From positions 2,092 to 66,091 of the forward strand of contig CALXTM010000008.1 in the NCBI GenBank assembly GCA_944391415.1: a stretch of DNA of 64,000 nucleotides. The letters are read 5' to 3'. Within the stretch, counting starts at the first letter, position 1, and the number at the start of each line of letters is the position of its first letter. This document shows positions 18,786 to 29,817 of the stretch, in pieces. This DNA is from an uncultured Alphaproteobacteria bacterium (GTDB lineage Bacteria; Pseudomonadota; Alphaproteobacteria; RF32; CAG-239). Position numbers and translations under genes: made by a program. A model generated the notes under the pieces. The model had not been told where the DNA came from, did no database searches, and saw only the letters and a program-made list of their open reading frames with translations.

Positions 18786-20282
18786 TTACTGTTTATATGC
18801 ACGCCACCAATAGAGCTTGCCGCCCCAACAATCAGTACCACAAGAATAGTCATACTGGCCTGTTGGACATTGTTCTGGCTCAGGCTCAGGTTCAATCTCT
18901 TTACGGCAAACTATCTGAGGAGCTGAAGAGTTCGGATAAGCATGAACTTCATATGTCTTAGAGCCTGAGGTCGTATATGAAGACGCTGCCTTACAATTAC
19001 CTTTACATGCCTCAGTATAAGGTGAAGCACATCCCGTAACCTTGGTACAGCTTATGCTACCAAGTGATGATGAACTATATCTAAAGTAGCTACTGTTTAC
19101 TGATGTGGCCGTATTACAGATATAACCATTATATAAACCTGTTTTGCAACCAGTCGGCTTATAGCAAGTGGTACCACTGCTGTTATTCGTAGTGGCTTTA
19201 ATACAATCTGGAAGATTTGGATAATATCCACCCGATGTGTTACATCCACTTGGTGTACGACAAACAATTTGGCCATCGTTCATGGTTAGTTGCTGAACAT
19301 CATAGCTAGTCGAGCCTGACGTTTTGTATGAATCAAGCGATGACTGAGCTACACCAAAATAAGCCTTGCTGTAAGGTGATGTACAGCCGGTAACCTTAAC
19401 ACAGCTGGCGCTGCCTTTAGCAATTTTGGTCGAGGCAAAATATGCACTATTAACCGAATATGATGTGGAAGAACCACACAAATAACTACCCTGTAAACCA
19501 TTTTGACACCCGGTAACCTTGTAACAGGTAATGCCGCTTGCTGAATCTTTCTGGGTATTATACGATATACAGTCGTTAATTGAAGTGGTACAATTACCAC
19601 TATTGGAACAGCCGGTAAAATAGTACAGGTAAATAGGATTTTTTAATGAGCTTAAGTAAACAGAATTATGCGTTAAACAGTCATAACCGCTTGAAGGAAG
19701 TGATGTCCTATATTTGCTGCTGGCAGTATAACCACTAACACATTTAAGTGAGCTACCACTGTATGGTGTTTGAGTTGTATAAGTAACCCCGCTAACACCA
19801 GGATTGGCTGAAAACCGTTTATACCCACTAGCACAAGCAAAACCCGATGTCTTATAGCACTTGGTACCATCATCACCGGTAACAGGAGAAGGGTATGAAA
19901 TACTGCTTAAATTGGTTTTAACCGACGACGAATTTACATATCCGTTAGCACAAGAACATGAGGCATATTTGGCCGGACCATCTGCCGTACACGCACTGCC
20001 GTTGGGAACAACGCCCGTCGTATTACAGCTGTATTTGAAATTGGATTTACAGTGGCAATCATAACAAACCGTGCCATCTATCAAGTTCTTTTGAATACAA
20101 TCAGCATTGGCTTTGGTTGAGGATGACAAACCATAGGCCGAACAAGAAAGGTTAATCTGCGAACTGGCAGAATCCAAAAGCACCGGGTTGTATTCTGGTA
20201 ATGGAACGACTTTAGCTTGCGCCGAAACGGCTAATAAGAAAGACATAGCTATTGCAGCATGTATGTAAATTTTCTTTATCAT
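18786..20282 (-). CDS. Secreted Cys/Ser/Thr/Gly-rich repeat protein
   Basis: Signal peptide (AQA-KVV), recurring C-x-K-[VP]-TGC motifs, internal duplication, EPEPEPE linker. Confidence 0.85.
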   Translation of the reverse strand: MIKKIYIHAAIAMSFLLAVSAQAKVVPLPEYNPVLLDSASSQINLSCSAYGLSSSTKANADCIQKNLIDGTVCYDCHCKSNFKYSCNTTGVVPNGSACTADGPAKYASCSCANGYVNSSSVKTNLSSISYPSPVTGDDGTKCYKTSGFACASGYKRFSANPGVSGVTYTTQTPYSGSSLKCVSGYTASSKYRTSLPSSGYDCLTHNSVYLSSLKNPIYLYYFTGCSNSGNCTTSINDCISYNTQKDSASGITCYKVTGCQNGLQGSYLCGSSTSYSVNSAYFASTKIAKGSASCVKVTGCTSPYSKAYFGVAQSSLDSYKTSGSTSYDVQQLTMNDGQIVCRTPSGCNTSGGYYPNLPDCIKATTNNSSGTTCYKPTGCKTGLYNGYICNTATSVNSSYFRYSSSSLGSISCTKVTGCASPYTEACKGNCKAASSYTTSGSKTYEVHAYPNSSAPQIVCRKEIEPEPEPEQCPTGQYDYSCGTDCWGGKLYWWRAYKQ

Positions 20283-20396
20283 ATCAAAGATCCTTCTTCT
20301 GACATCATAATAATCATTATGTTTATTTTACCATGTGTTTATTAAAAAAGCAATAATTTAATATATTATATTATATAAAAGTTTTGGCACTTTAAG

Positions 20397-20873
20397 CTAT
20401 AACAAAGCTATGTTTTCCAGATATTTAATTATATCTTCGGGCGAATGAGATAAATCGAGCCTCAAACCTTGAGATATTGTGCATGTATTGCTTGCTTGGT
20501 CATACAGGCAAAAAGGCGTTGAAAACCAACGCAGATATTCTTTACTGTCATCTATATGAAAATTGATATGGTTGCGTCTGCAAAAATCAGCTTTGGCCTT
20601 ATTCCAACAATGCTCAGGAACAACCAGATCTCCGCTTAGATCCTGCTCTATTTCGCCCAAAGCCTGGCAATAATCTGAAATGGCAAAAATAAAATCGTAT
20701 TCAATACCTTGCTTTGTAAGTAATTGCCTGACTTTGAACATGGGACCGCCGGTGATGATATAAATTAAATGTCCTCGATGTCTGGCCAAAGCACAAAAAT
20801 CGGCAAAATAGCTTAATTTGCAATCAATTACACCGTGATAGTCCAAGCCGATTTTTAGCTTATGACTAGTCAT
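20397..20873 (-). CDS. HAD-superfamily-like protein
   Basis: KIGLDYHGVID motif I, IYIITG motif II, K, HIDDS motif IV. Confidence 0.7.
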   Translation of the reverse strand: MTSHKLKIGLDYHGVIDCKLSYFADFCALARHRGHLIYIITGGPMFKVRQLLTKQGIEYDFIFAISDYCQALGEIEQDLSGDLVVPEHCWNKAKADFCRRNHINFHIDDSKEYLRWFSTPFCLYDQASNTCTISQGLRLDLSHSPEDIIKYLENIALL

Positions 20874-23800
20874 TGTTTGCTCCAAAATTATTTTGCCAAA
20901 ATTCTTTAAGAGAATTGGGGCTTAATGCCGAAAGCGGATTAATACCGATGGTCGGATCAGAAACATTGCCGCTAATCGAATAATTTACTGCAAAAACCGT
21001 TCCGTCTTTGCCGCTTAATAATGATCCTACAAGCGGTATCTTGCCCAAAAAGCTGTTGATGCCATAAGCAGGAGCTATCATGCCCTTAAAATCAAGAGAC
21101 TGCTGTTCACTGTTATATTGGCCAGCAGCAGATATGCCAAGTACATTACCTAATGCTTTGGCATCACTGAGCTTTAGGACATCGTCTTGATATGTAAACG
21201 GGGCATCAAAATGCGTAAATGCTATGCCCTCACCCGATAGCATATCTACTATGCCGCTTAATGAGGCCAAAGTCAGTAATTTGGTAAAGATATTGGTTTT
21301 AACCATGTTGAAATCACGGGCTTTGATATGACCTACAAATTTTTTATCCGATCCTCGCTTGGCGCTTATGTTTAAGCTGCCGCCGTCAATATAATCATAA
21401 AGATGCAAAAACTTTAAGGCCGAGCCAGCGTCATTACTGTCTATGTTTAACAAATATTCATTATTAGGACGCTGATTGTAATCAAGTTTAAGATATGGCA
21501 AATTTTTGTTTTTATGTTTGCTAGATTTAAAATTGCCAACCAAATGCATATCATTAATACCTATTTTGTTTAGTATTTTGGCAGAACCGGCGAAATTGTT
21601 TAGCGACACCTCCGAATCGGTCCACAATTGGTCAACGGCAATGCTTATATCGGTATTGGGAATTTCGGCCCAGATATCTTCTTTTGCCGTATCTTTGGCA
21701 GGAGTTGCGGCCTTAACCATCGGAGATTGCTTAGGGGCTTCCTCGGGCTCAAAAAAGGCCGATAGATCATAGGATGACCCCGATACGATAATCTTGATAT
21801 GCTCGGGCTTTGATGCGCTAAAGCTGATCTTTGCCGAGGCATTGGTCTTTGGTCCTTTGATTTGCGTAATGTCAATAACCGAAATATTGCCCTGCTTATC
21901 TAATGCCATTTTGCCATTAAGCCTGAAATCGGGCTTTGATAAGGAAAAAGACGGAATTTCTGTTATCTTATTATCAGCAATGTTAAGCTGTGCGGTTATC
22001 TCTCCGTTAACACCTGATGATTTCTTAAACCCTAAAAATGAATAATCTATTGCCGTTTGCCTTAAATTACCATGGGCATCAACAATCGTGCGCCCGTCAG
22101 GATAAACCGTAATAACCGCCTTGGCAGGAACAGAACCGTTAAGATAAGGTTTTTCTAGCGGTGCTAACTTGATCCCCAGTTTTTCCTTAAAACTATCATC
22201 AAAATTAAAGCCAACCTCATATCTGCGTTGATATTGTTTGGAGACAAAATCCTCCTCCCAAGCAAAGCTTATCGGCAGCCCTTCTATGCTGGCCACGCCG
22301 CTAATATTCATTTGCTCGTTGTTAAGCGAAAAATCCAAGGTCTTGGCATCAATTGATTTGCCTTTTATAACATCTTTTATCTCTACATCACGCAATAAAG
22401 CTTTGACGTTTACTTTGACATCTTCGGGTGCAAGATCTTGACGAAGTTCAAAATCCAACCCCAAATTGGTAATGGCGCTGCCTTTGATACTATCTGGATT
22501 AAGCCCAAGCGAACTCGGATACTTTAACGGCTCATGATCTATCAACTTTAGTATATCGCTGATAGCGCCAATACCGTTTAACTCAAGTTTTAGAAAGTTG
22601 TCTTCTTTGTCCAAATCATATAAATCAACATAGCCATGATTTAACACAACATCATCAGAAATGGCTTTGTTTACATCTATTCTGATATTGTGTTCACTAA
22701 AATGAGCTCGCCCATATATGCCGGTTACTTTGGGCATTTCATTTAAATACAACAGGCTGCCTCCATCAATGTCGGCAGTTCCCGATAACGCCTTAAAGGA
22801 CACCCCGCCAGTTGATTTATCATAACCAAAATCAAAAGCAAATTGACCGTTTTTGATATAACCGTCAAACAAACTTTCATGACACCATTGCCAAGCCTTA
22901 TCACCAAAATATTTGGGCCAAAATTTGCTTAGATCATTGGTTTTAAGTTCTTTGATAGATGCCGATATCCTAATTTGTAAATTTTGCTTGGAAGAGTGCA
23001 GCAGATATTCTTTGAGCCCTTTGATTTCAAGCCCCAAAGATGCCTGTTGATTGTCCAAATTGAGCCTTGCATCATTAATCTTTATCTCCTCAAGATTTCC
23101 GCTTAACTCACCCCGCAAAATAAGGCCTGAAATATCATAATCATAATTTTCGTCCTCAGAAAACTTGATAGTACCCTTTTCACCATCGAGTTCAAACGAT
23201 ATTTTATCAACAATTTGGCCGCTGTGACCCAAAATATCATCTTTATATTCTCGCAAATTTTCAAGATTAAGAGCGGCACTTAGACTGCCATGCATGGGTA
23301 TTCTGATATTATAAAAATCTTTTGATGCCGTGGCGGGTGTGATAATCTGCAGCAGATTGGCCGGAATAAGGTCTGAGAAATAAAATTTGATATCGGCTTT
23401 GGATTTGGCATAGCTGTAATCAACCGACAAACCTACCGACGAGGTACTGTCGTCAAATGGCATCAGGGCATTTATTTCCGTACTTAATGAGCCAAAACCA
23501 CGGTCAAAATAGTAATTAACATCGCTAAACTGCCATTTTTTACCGAGATCAACCTCCAAAAGCTCTACATCTGCCTTGGTTATCTCAATAGTATTAATAT
23601 AACTTTCGGGATAGGTGTGATCTTCTGAATTGAAACGCTCCCAAAAATCATCGGCCAAATTAAAATAATATTCCAGTTTTTTACGGCTAACATCGGAAGA
23701 TGGTTGCTCTTTTTTAAGCCCGTATTTGCTAAAAATAAAAATTTGCGGATGATTTATCTCGATGGTACTTGGAGCAATAATACCTCTTAACAAGGCTCTA

Positions 23801-24111
23801 ATATTGAATGCCAAGGCTACTTTTGGCGCGTTGATTGTTATATCGCCTTCTTTTTTATAGACAACATTATTGGCTATAATACGCAGCGGCTGAACGGAGC
23901 GAACCAACTCCAAATTTACACTATCAAGCGTTACCTGATAATCGGTATCGTCATGATTTAGAGCCCTAATAATATATGGCTTCAGAAATGGCAAACCTAT
24001 TGATCCGCGATATAACTGCCATATAAACAACAAAAGACTTACCAGTAATATAACACCGGCAAAATCAGCAATCTTATGCATGGTATAACTGCGATTACTT
24101 AGTTTTTTCAT
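20866..24111 (-). CDS. AsmA-like/YhdP (DUF3971-type) envelope lipid-transport protein
   Basis: N-terminal TM anchor, 1081 aa beta-rich, C-terminal GIAF..., PAYGINSFLGKIPLVG, NPLSALSP. Confidence 0.85.
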   Translation of the reverse strand: MKKLSNRSYTMHKIADFAGVILLVSLLLFIWQLYRGSIGLPFLKPYIIRALNHDDTDYQVTLDSVNLELVRSVQPLRIIANNVVYKKEGDITINAPKVALAFNIRALLRGIIAPSTIEINHPQIFIFSKYGLKKEQPSSDVSRKKLEYYFNLADDFWERFNSEDHTYPESYINTIEITKADVELLEVDLGKKWQFSDVNYYFDRGFGSLSTEINALMPFDDSTSSVGLSVDYSYAKSKADIKFYFSDLIPANLLQIITPATASKDFYNIRIPMHGSLSAALNLENLREYKDDILGHSGQIVDKISFELDGEKGTIKFSEDENYDYDISGLILRGELSGNLEEIKINDARLNLDNQQASLGLEIKGLKEYLLHSSKQNLQIRISASIKELKTNDLSKFWPKYFGDKAWQWCHESLFDGYIKNGQFAFDFGYDKSTGGVSFKALSGTADIDGGSLLYLNEMPKVTGIYGRAHFSEHNIRIDVNKAISDDVVLNHGYVDLYDLDKEDNFLKLELNGIGAISDILKLIDHEPLKYPSSLGLNPDSIKGSAITNLGLDFELRQDLAPEDVKVNVKALLRDVEIKDVIKGKSIDAKTLDFSLNNEQMNISGVASIEGLPISFAWEEDFVSKQYQRRYEVGFNFDDSFKEKLGIKLAPLEKPYLNGSVPAKAVITVYPDGRTIVDAHGNLRQTAIDYSFLGFKKSSGVNGEITAQLNIADNKITEIPSFSLSKPDFRLNGKMALDKQGNISVIDITQIKGPKTNASAKISFSASKPEHIKIIVSGSSYDLSAFFEPEEAPKQSPMVKAATPAKDTAKEDIWAEIPNTDISIAVDQLWTDSEVSLNNFAGSAKILNKIGINDMHLVGNFKSSKHKNKNLPYLKLDYNQRPNNEYLLNIDSNDAGSALKFLHLYDYIDGGSLNISAKRGSDKKFVGHIKARDFNMVKTNIFTKLLTLASLSGIVDMLSGEGIAFTHFDAPFTYQDDVLKLSDAKALGNVLGISAAGQYNSEQQSLDFKGMIAPAYGINSFLGKIPLVGSLLSGKDGTVFAVNYSISGNVSDPTIGINPLSALSPNSLKEFWQNNFGANND

Positions 24112-24940
24112 TGTCTTTGAGCCAGTTTAAGATATCAATATAGTTGTCATGATGATATAATTCGGAATGACCTGCCTGCGGATAAACAATCATTTTTTTA
24201 GGGTCGTTGGCTGCCTCATAAAGAGCCTTGGCCCTTGGTAGCGGAACCACCTTGTCTTCGGCTGCCCCCATAATCAAAACAGGCAAATGTAACTGTTTAA
24301 TTTTGCTTACGTTGTCATAATCATCTTTGATAATCAAATCAAACGGAAAAAGCGGCCAAATACGTTGTTTGACCACATTAATCAGACTATCAAACGGAAC
24401 TTCCAATATTAAAGCGGCAAAAGAATCTTGCAAACCTTTGGTGTATGCAGTATTTACCGCCGAAAAGCTACCAAGCGACATACCGTAAATTATCAATGAT
24501 GAATTGTGATAGCCCAAAGAATTAAGATAATCTATTGCCGCTTGAGAATCTGCTGCAATATTGGCCTCGTTTATAGTGCCTTCAATTCCGCCAAAACCTC
24601 TGTATTCCCCGATAAAAACTCCATAACCTGCGGAAACAAACGGTATAAGTTTGTGATAAAATGCCGCAATATTATATGAATTGCCATGAAAATAAACTAT
24701 AATCTTATGACCTGGTTGCGGCTTAACAAACCAACCATATAATTTGGTATTGTCGGCAGATAAATACTCGACCTCCTTTGCATTGAAACCGGACAAAACA
24801 GCCTGCGATAAGTCTGAGTGCTCAGTTGTTGGATTATAAAAGAAATAGCGCGGGAAAAAATAAACCGCCAAACAAAAGCCTATATAACCAGCTACCATCA
24901 GCCCCAAAACTATTCGCAAAAGGCGTTTATGCATTGGCAC
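24095..24940 (-). CDS. Alpha/beta hydrolase (ABHD13-like)
   Basis: YFHGNS, EYRGFG, GMSLG nucleophile elbow, D..V, GH. Confidence 0.9.
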   Translation of the reverse strand: MPMHKRLLRIVLGLMVAGYIGFCLAVYFFPRYFFYNPTTEHSDLSQAVLSGFNAKEVEYLSADNTKLYGWFVKPQPGHKIIVYFHGNSYNIAAFYHKLIPFVSAGYGVFIGEYRGFGGIEGTINEANIAADSQAAIDYLNSLGYHNSSLIIYGMSLGSFSAVNTAYTKGLQDSFAALILEVPFDSLINVVKQRIWPLFPFDLIIKDDYDNVSKIKQLHLPVLIMGAAEDKVVPLPRAKALYEAANDPKKMIVYPQAGHSELYHHDNYIDILNWLKDNEKTK

Positions 24941-26028
24941 CTCCTAACTTGTCGGCTAAAGCAGCTGACAAAAATAAATCTATATCGCCGTCCAAAACTG
25001 CCTTGGTATCTGAGGTCTCAACCTCAGTACGCAAATCTTTTACCATTTTGTATGGTTGCAAAACATATGAGCGAATCTGGTATCCCCAACCATTATCACC
25101 TTGATTGTCTCGCTGCTCCGAGGCTTTGGCCTCACGCTTTTTTATTTCAAGCTCATATAATTTTGCTTTGAGCATTTTCCAGGCGGCTTCTCGGTTTTGG
25201 AATTGAGAACGCTGATTTTGACACTGAACGACTATACCGGTTGGCAAGTGTGTAATTCGCACCGCGGAATCGGTTTTGTTAATGTGTTGTCCACCAGCAC
25301 CCGAGGCACGATATGTATCAACGCGACAGTCGGCCTCATTAATATTAATTTCGATACTGTCATCAATGACCGGATAAACTCCGACAGAGGCAAAACTTGT
25401 ATGTCTTCTGGCGTTGCTGTCAAAAGGCGAAATTCTAACCAACCGATGAACTCCGCTTTCGGATTTAAGCCAGCCATATGCATTGCGGCCTGATATCCTT
25501 AATGTGGCGGATTTAATCCCGGCAACATCACCTTCGGTTTCCTCAATATATTCAACCTTATAATGATGCGCCTCTGCCCAACGAGAATACATCCTTACCA
25601 ACATTTCTGCCCAATCTTGCGCTTCCGTGCCGCCAGAGCCTGAGTGTACCTCAACAAAAGCATCGTTGCCGTCTGCCTCGCCGGACAATAATGCCTCCAG
25701 CTCACAATGTTTGACTTTGCTTTGAAGCTCTTTTAGCTGTTCATATATATAATCCAGCTCTTTGTCTTGATCCTCAATCTCGGCAAGCTCCCGCAAATCA
25801 TCAAAATTATGCTTCATTTCATTGAAATTGTTCAGATTGAACTCAAGCGTATTTTTTTCCGTCATCAACTTTTGAGCCTTGGCCGGAGATGACCAAAGAT
25901 TGGCATCCGAGGTTAAACTTTCTAACTCTGACAAACGCAATAGCGCATTGTCATAGTCAAAGAGACCTCCTCAGCAATGCTAAAGATTGCTCAATGTTTT
26001 GGCTGATTTCATAGATGTCTGCTCGCAT
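24927..26028 (-). CDS. prfB: Peptide chain release factor 2, programmed +1 frameshift
   Basis: SPF and GGQ motifs; upstream frame MRADIYEISQNIEQSLALLRRSL from ATG at 26028 joins the main ORF at CTT-TGA-C. Confidence 0.97.
25956..25971 (-). promoter_or_regulatory. prfB frameshift signal
   Basis: Minus strand AGGAGG-TCT-CTT-TGA-C: internal SD plus slippery stop site. Confidence 0.95.
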
Positions 26029-26043
26029 ATCGGTCTTATCTCC

Positions 26044-28521
26044 TTAATACTCGCTTCCGAATTGTATTTCATCGTCGCTGTTTTGCTCATAACTTATCTG
26101 CGGGGCTACATCATCGGTCGCATTTTCGGTTGAGGTTGTTTTTTCATCCTCGCCTATCACCTTTTGCTGCATGGCGCGTTTGGCTGCCTCGGGTTTAAGC
26201 GCTTCCCAAATAACACTTGTATCATTCGGAGTGGCCGGTTTGCCGGTGTCATGATTAATACGAACAAGCTTAATACCGCTTGGAATACGGAAAGGAACAT
26301 CGGCCTGGGTGTCAAGAGCATCTTTCATAAAACTATAGAAAATCGGCAAAGCGGCTGCCGCACCTGTTTCATAGCGGCCAAGAGAACGAGGATTATCAAA
26401 CCCGACATAAACCCCAACAACCAAATCAGGCGAAAATCCCACAAACCAAGCATCCTGATTCTTGTTGGTGGTTCCGGTCTTGCCGGCCAAATGTTTGCCC
26501 AGCGAACGCAATTTGCCGCCGGTGCCATATTGTACGACACCTTCCAAAATACTTACCATCTGATATGCACTGAGAGGGTCCAAAACTTGTTCTCTTACAT
26601 CTTGAAGCTCCGGTACTGGCTGATCTTCCCATTTATCAACCGAACAGCCATTGCATTCACGTCCGTCATGGCGATAGATAGTGGCACCGTTGCGGTCTTG
26701 AATACGCTCAATTAAATAAGGAGTTATCTTTTTGCCGCCGTTTACAAACATCCCGTAGGCCGAGGCCATGTTGATAAGTTTGGTCTCGCCGGCTCCAAGC
26801 GACATCGACAACAACTCGGGCAAATTATCATTAACGCCCATTTTTTTGGCATATTCGGCGACCTTGTCCATGCCGACTTCTTGTGCCAGACGAACAGTCA
26901 TTAAGTTGCGTGATTTTTCAATTCCCTGACGCAAAGTCATCAGACCATAAAACTTCTTGGAATAATTAACCGGCTTCCATACCGGCTGGCCCTTACCCTG
27001 GTCGAGCACAAACGGAGCATCCAAAATAAGATCCGTCGGTTCATAGCCGTTTTCAAGCGCTGCTATGTAAACAATCGGCTTAAAGGCTGAACCGGTTTGA
27101 CGTTTGGCCTGGGTTGCTCTGTTATATTGTGATTTTTGGAAAGAATAGCCGCCAACCATGGCTAAAATTTTGCCAGTGTGCGGATCAAGAGCTATCAAGG
27201 CTCCCTCGACATTTGGAATCTGCCGCAAATAATAGCTATTGGCCGAAAGTTTGTGTTTTGAAGCATCTTGCTCGGAAAGTTTCTCAACCAAAATTACATC
27301 GCCTTGTTTAAGAACATCAGAGACTTTTTGCGGTTGACCACCAACTGATTGATTGCGCAAATTTTTGCGAGCCCAGGAAAGAACACTAAGCGGAATCTCG
27401 CCTTTGGCACCCGACTGGGTCTCGATATCGGCTTTAGCTGATGATATATTCGAAACTATGGCTATCTCCCAGCTGTCTTTGGCCCCGCCAGGCTTTTTTA
27501 CAGCACGAAATTTTTCCTGCCAACCTTCATCCAGCGTAATTGTTTGCAAAGCCTGACGCCAGCCATGTCGACGATCATAATTTTCCAGTTCTGCACTAAA
27601 GGCTTTGGTAGCAATTTCCTGAAGACGCGGATTAAGCGTGGTGCGGATTAGAAGCCCGCCCTCATAGAGTGCATCCTCGCCGAATTCTTTATTGACCTGG
27701 CGTCTGACATCTTCACTAAAATATTGCGCATATTTTACCAACTCTCCGCGACCCGATATTACCTCAAGCGGCTGCGATCTTGCTTCAAGTGCCTCGTCTT
27801 CGGTAATATAGCCTTCCTCACACATGCGATCGATAACCCAATTGCGGCGTGATACTGCCGCGTCATATTTGGTCTTGGGATTATAATTATTTGGCCCCTT
27901 GGGAAGTGCTGCCAAATATGCCGCCTCGGCAATGCTTAACTCATCCAGCGATTTGCCAAAATAATTCATGGCCGCGGCCGCAACACCATATGAGCGATTG
28001 CCCAGATAGATTTCGTTTAGATACAGCTCCAAAATATGCTCTTTGCTAAAAGCTTGCTCCATTTTGATTGCCAACAAAGCCTCTTTAATCTTACGTTTGT
28101 AGGATAATTCTGACGACAGCAGAAAATTTTTGGCTACCTGTTGGGTAATGGTTGATGCCCCTGACGGACGTTTGCCACTGCCAAAATGCTTAATATTGGT
28201 TAATACTGCTCGGATAATACCTATAAAGTCGACCCCAAAATGATGATAAAAATTTTTGTCTTCGGCCGAAATAAAGGCCTGTTTAACCAAATCAGGAATT
28301 TTATTTTCCGGAACAAACAATCTTTTTTCGGCGGCATATTCCATCATTACCTGACCATCACCCGCATATAATCTGGTTGTAACGGCAGGTTCATATTTTT
28401 CAAGTTGCCTATATTCCGGCAACTCTTGAGATATTTGCCAAACCGATGTGATAATTACGATAAGAGCTATCACCGCAAAGAAAAAGCAAGTGCTGAGAAA
28501 TGATGACAGAGTTTTTAGCAT
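26044..28521 (-). CDS. mrcA: Penicillin-binding protein 1A
   Basis: AEDKNFY, GASTITQQVAKN, SAFK, SRN, KTGT. Confidence 0.95.
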   Translation of the reverse strand: MLKTLSSFLSTCFFFAVIALIVIITSVWQISQELPEYRQLEKYEPAVTTRLYAGDGQVMMEYAAEKRLFVPENKIPDLVKQAFISAEDKNFYHHFGVDFIGIIRAVLTNIKHFGSGKRPSGASTITQQVAKNFLLSSELSYKRKIKEALLAIKMEQAFSKEHILELYLNEIYLGNRSYGVAAAAMNYFGKSLDELSIAEAAYLAALPKGPNNYNPKTKYDAAVSRRNWVIDRMCEEGYITEDEALEARSQPLEVISGRGELVKYAQYFSEDVRRQVNKEFGEDALYEGGLLIRTTLNPRLQEIATKAFSAELENYDRRHGWRQALQTITLDEGWQEKFRAVKKPGGAKDSWEIAIVSNISSAKADIETQSGAKGEIPLSVLSWARKNLRNQSVGGQPQKVSDVLKQGDVILVEKLSEQDASKHKLSANSYYLRQIPNVEGALIALDPHTGKILAMVGGYSFQKSQYNRATQAKRQTGSAFKPIVYIAALENGYEPTDLILDAPFVLDQGKGQPVWKPVNYSKKFYGLMTLRQGIEKSRNLMTVRLAQEVGMDKVAEYAKKMGVNDNLPELLSMSLGAGETKLINMASAYGMFVNGGKKITPYLIERIQDRNGATIYRHDGRECNGCSVDKWEDQPVPELQDVREQVLDPLSAYQMVSILEGVVQYGTGGKLRSLGKHLAGKTGTTNKNQDAWFVGFSPDLVVGVYVGFDNPRSLGRYETGAAAALPIFYSFMKDALDTQADVPFRIPSGIKLVRINHDTGKPATPNDTSVIWEALKPEAAKRAMQQKVIGEDEKTTSTENATDDVAPQISYEQNSDDEIQFGSEY

Positions 28522-28587
28522 TGGTATCCCGATTAATGATTTTATTTACCTACTACTTGTAGTAAAATTTTATTGTCATGTCAAATA

Positions 28588-29817
28588 TTAATGCTTGGGG
28601 TTTTGAAAATATTTGTCAATTGCTTTGACAGCTGCTTCACCCAATTTGCGACGATAAGATTTTTGGCGCAACTGGCGTTCCTCGGTTGGGTTGGATAAAT
28701 ATCCCAATTCCAGCAAAACAGAAGGAACATCGGGGGCTTTTAACACAGCAAAACCGGCAAATCGATGTGTGTTGCTTACGGTTTTGGCAACCTTTGACAT
28801 TTGCGCGCTTAAAAGTGAGGCAAATTCCGCTGATGAATTATTAGTTTCTCTTTGAGCAAGATTAAGCAATATATCACTTACTTCTTTTGAGTGTTCGGCA
28901 AAATTTAGCCCGGCAACAATGTCGGCTTTGTTTTCTTTTTCGGCCAAAGCCGCAGCCTCCTTGTCTGAGGCGGTTTCGGACAAGGTATATACCGAAAGTC
29001 CTACGGCTTTGCGGTTTTTGGCACTGTCAGCGTGGACAGATATAAACAAATCGGCATCATGGCTACGTGAGATTTTTACCCTTTCACGCAACGGAATAAA
29101 TACATCGCGACTTCTGGTTAAATAAACTTTATATTTGCCTTTTTGATCCAAAAGCTCTTTGAGCTCTTTGGCCATGGAAAGTGTGATATTTTTTTCATAG
29201 GTGCCGTTATATCCGATTGCTCCGGGGTCAACGCCACCGTGGCCCGCATCAATAACAATTATCTTGCGTTGTTTGGCTTTGGTTGCAGGAGAAGTGGCTG
29301 CAGCCTTGGTTGAAACCGAGGTATCGGCCGGATTATAATCATTACTGCTTACGGCGTGAGAATTGCCTATTTTAGACAAGAACTCTCGCTCGGAAGTTGC
29401 CTCCAAATCAATAGCAAAACGCCAATTAAAATTGCTCTGCGGCGAAAGCATAAACACTTTTTTGATGAGAATCGGCTTTTTAAGGTCAAAAACAATACGT
29501 ATGCCGTTAACCCCGACTGTGCCTATCCTTATATTATCAACAAAAATATTATTGTCTTTGTTTTTGGCAACCTCGGGAGAAACATCAACCCCTTGCGCGT
29601 CTATAACCAATCTGTTTGGCTCACTTAAAGTAAAGACCTTGTAATCGAATTTAGAATCGGCATCAAATACTATTCTGACACTGCCTATCCCCTGGCCTAT
29701 TCTAAGCCCGGTTATCTTGCCGGCCCAAGCATTTGAAGAGAATGCAAGACCCATCACGGCAATAACCATTGCCGTGAACACCAGCTTAATTGTTTGGGTT
29801 AATCGTTGCATTCTCAA
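28588..29817 (-). CDS. amiC: N-acetylmuramoyl-L-alanine amidase (AMIN + Amidase_3)
   Basis: IDAGHGGVDPGA, FISVHAD, FAVLKAPDVPSVLLELGYLSN. Confidence 0.92.
   Translation of the reverse strand: MRMQRLTQTIKLVFTAMVIAVMGLAFSSNAWAGKITGLRIGQGIGSVRIVFDADSKFDYKVFTLSEPNRLVIDAQGVDVSPEVAKNKDNNIFVDNIRIGTVGVNGIRIVFDLKKPILIKKVFMLSPQSNFNWRFAIDLEATSEREFLSKIGNSHAVSSNDYNPADTSVSTKAAATSPATKAKQRKIIVIDAGHGGVDPGAIGYNGTYEKNITLSMAKELKELLDQKGKYKVYLTRSRDVFIPLRERVKISRSHDADLFISVHADSAKNRKAVGLSVYTLSETASDKEAAALAEKENKADIVAGLNFAEHSKEVSDILLNLAQRETNNSSAEFASLLSAQMSKVAKTVSNTHRFAGFAVLKAPDVPSVLLELGYLSNPTEERQLRQKSYRRKLGEAAVKAIDKYFQNPKH

Noticed and set aside
18786-20282. Diversity-generating retroelement target in the Cys-rich gene
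   Set aside because: No template repeat with adenine-specific mismatches and no RT in the window; the internal repeats look like old protein-level duplications
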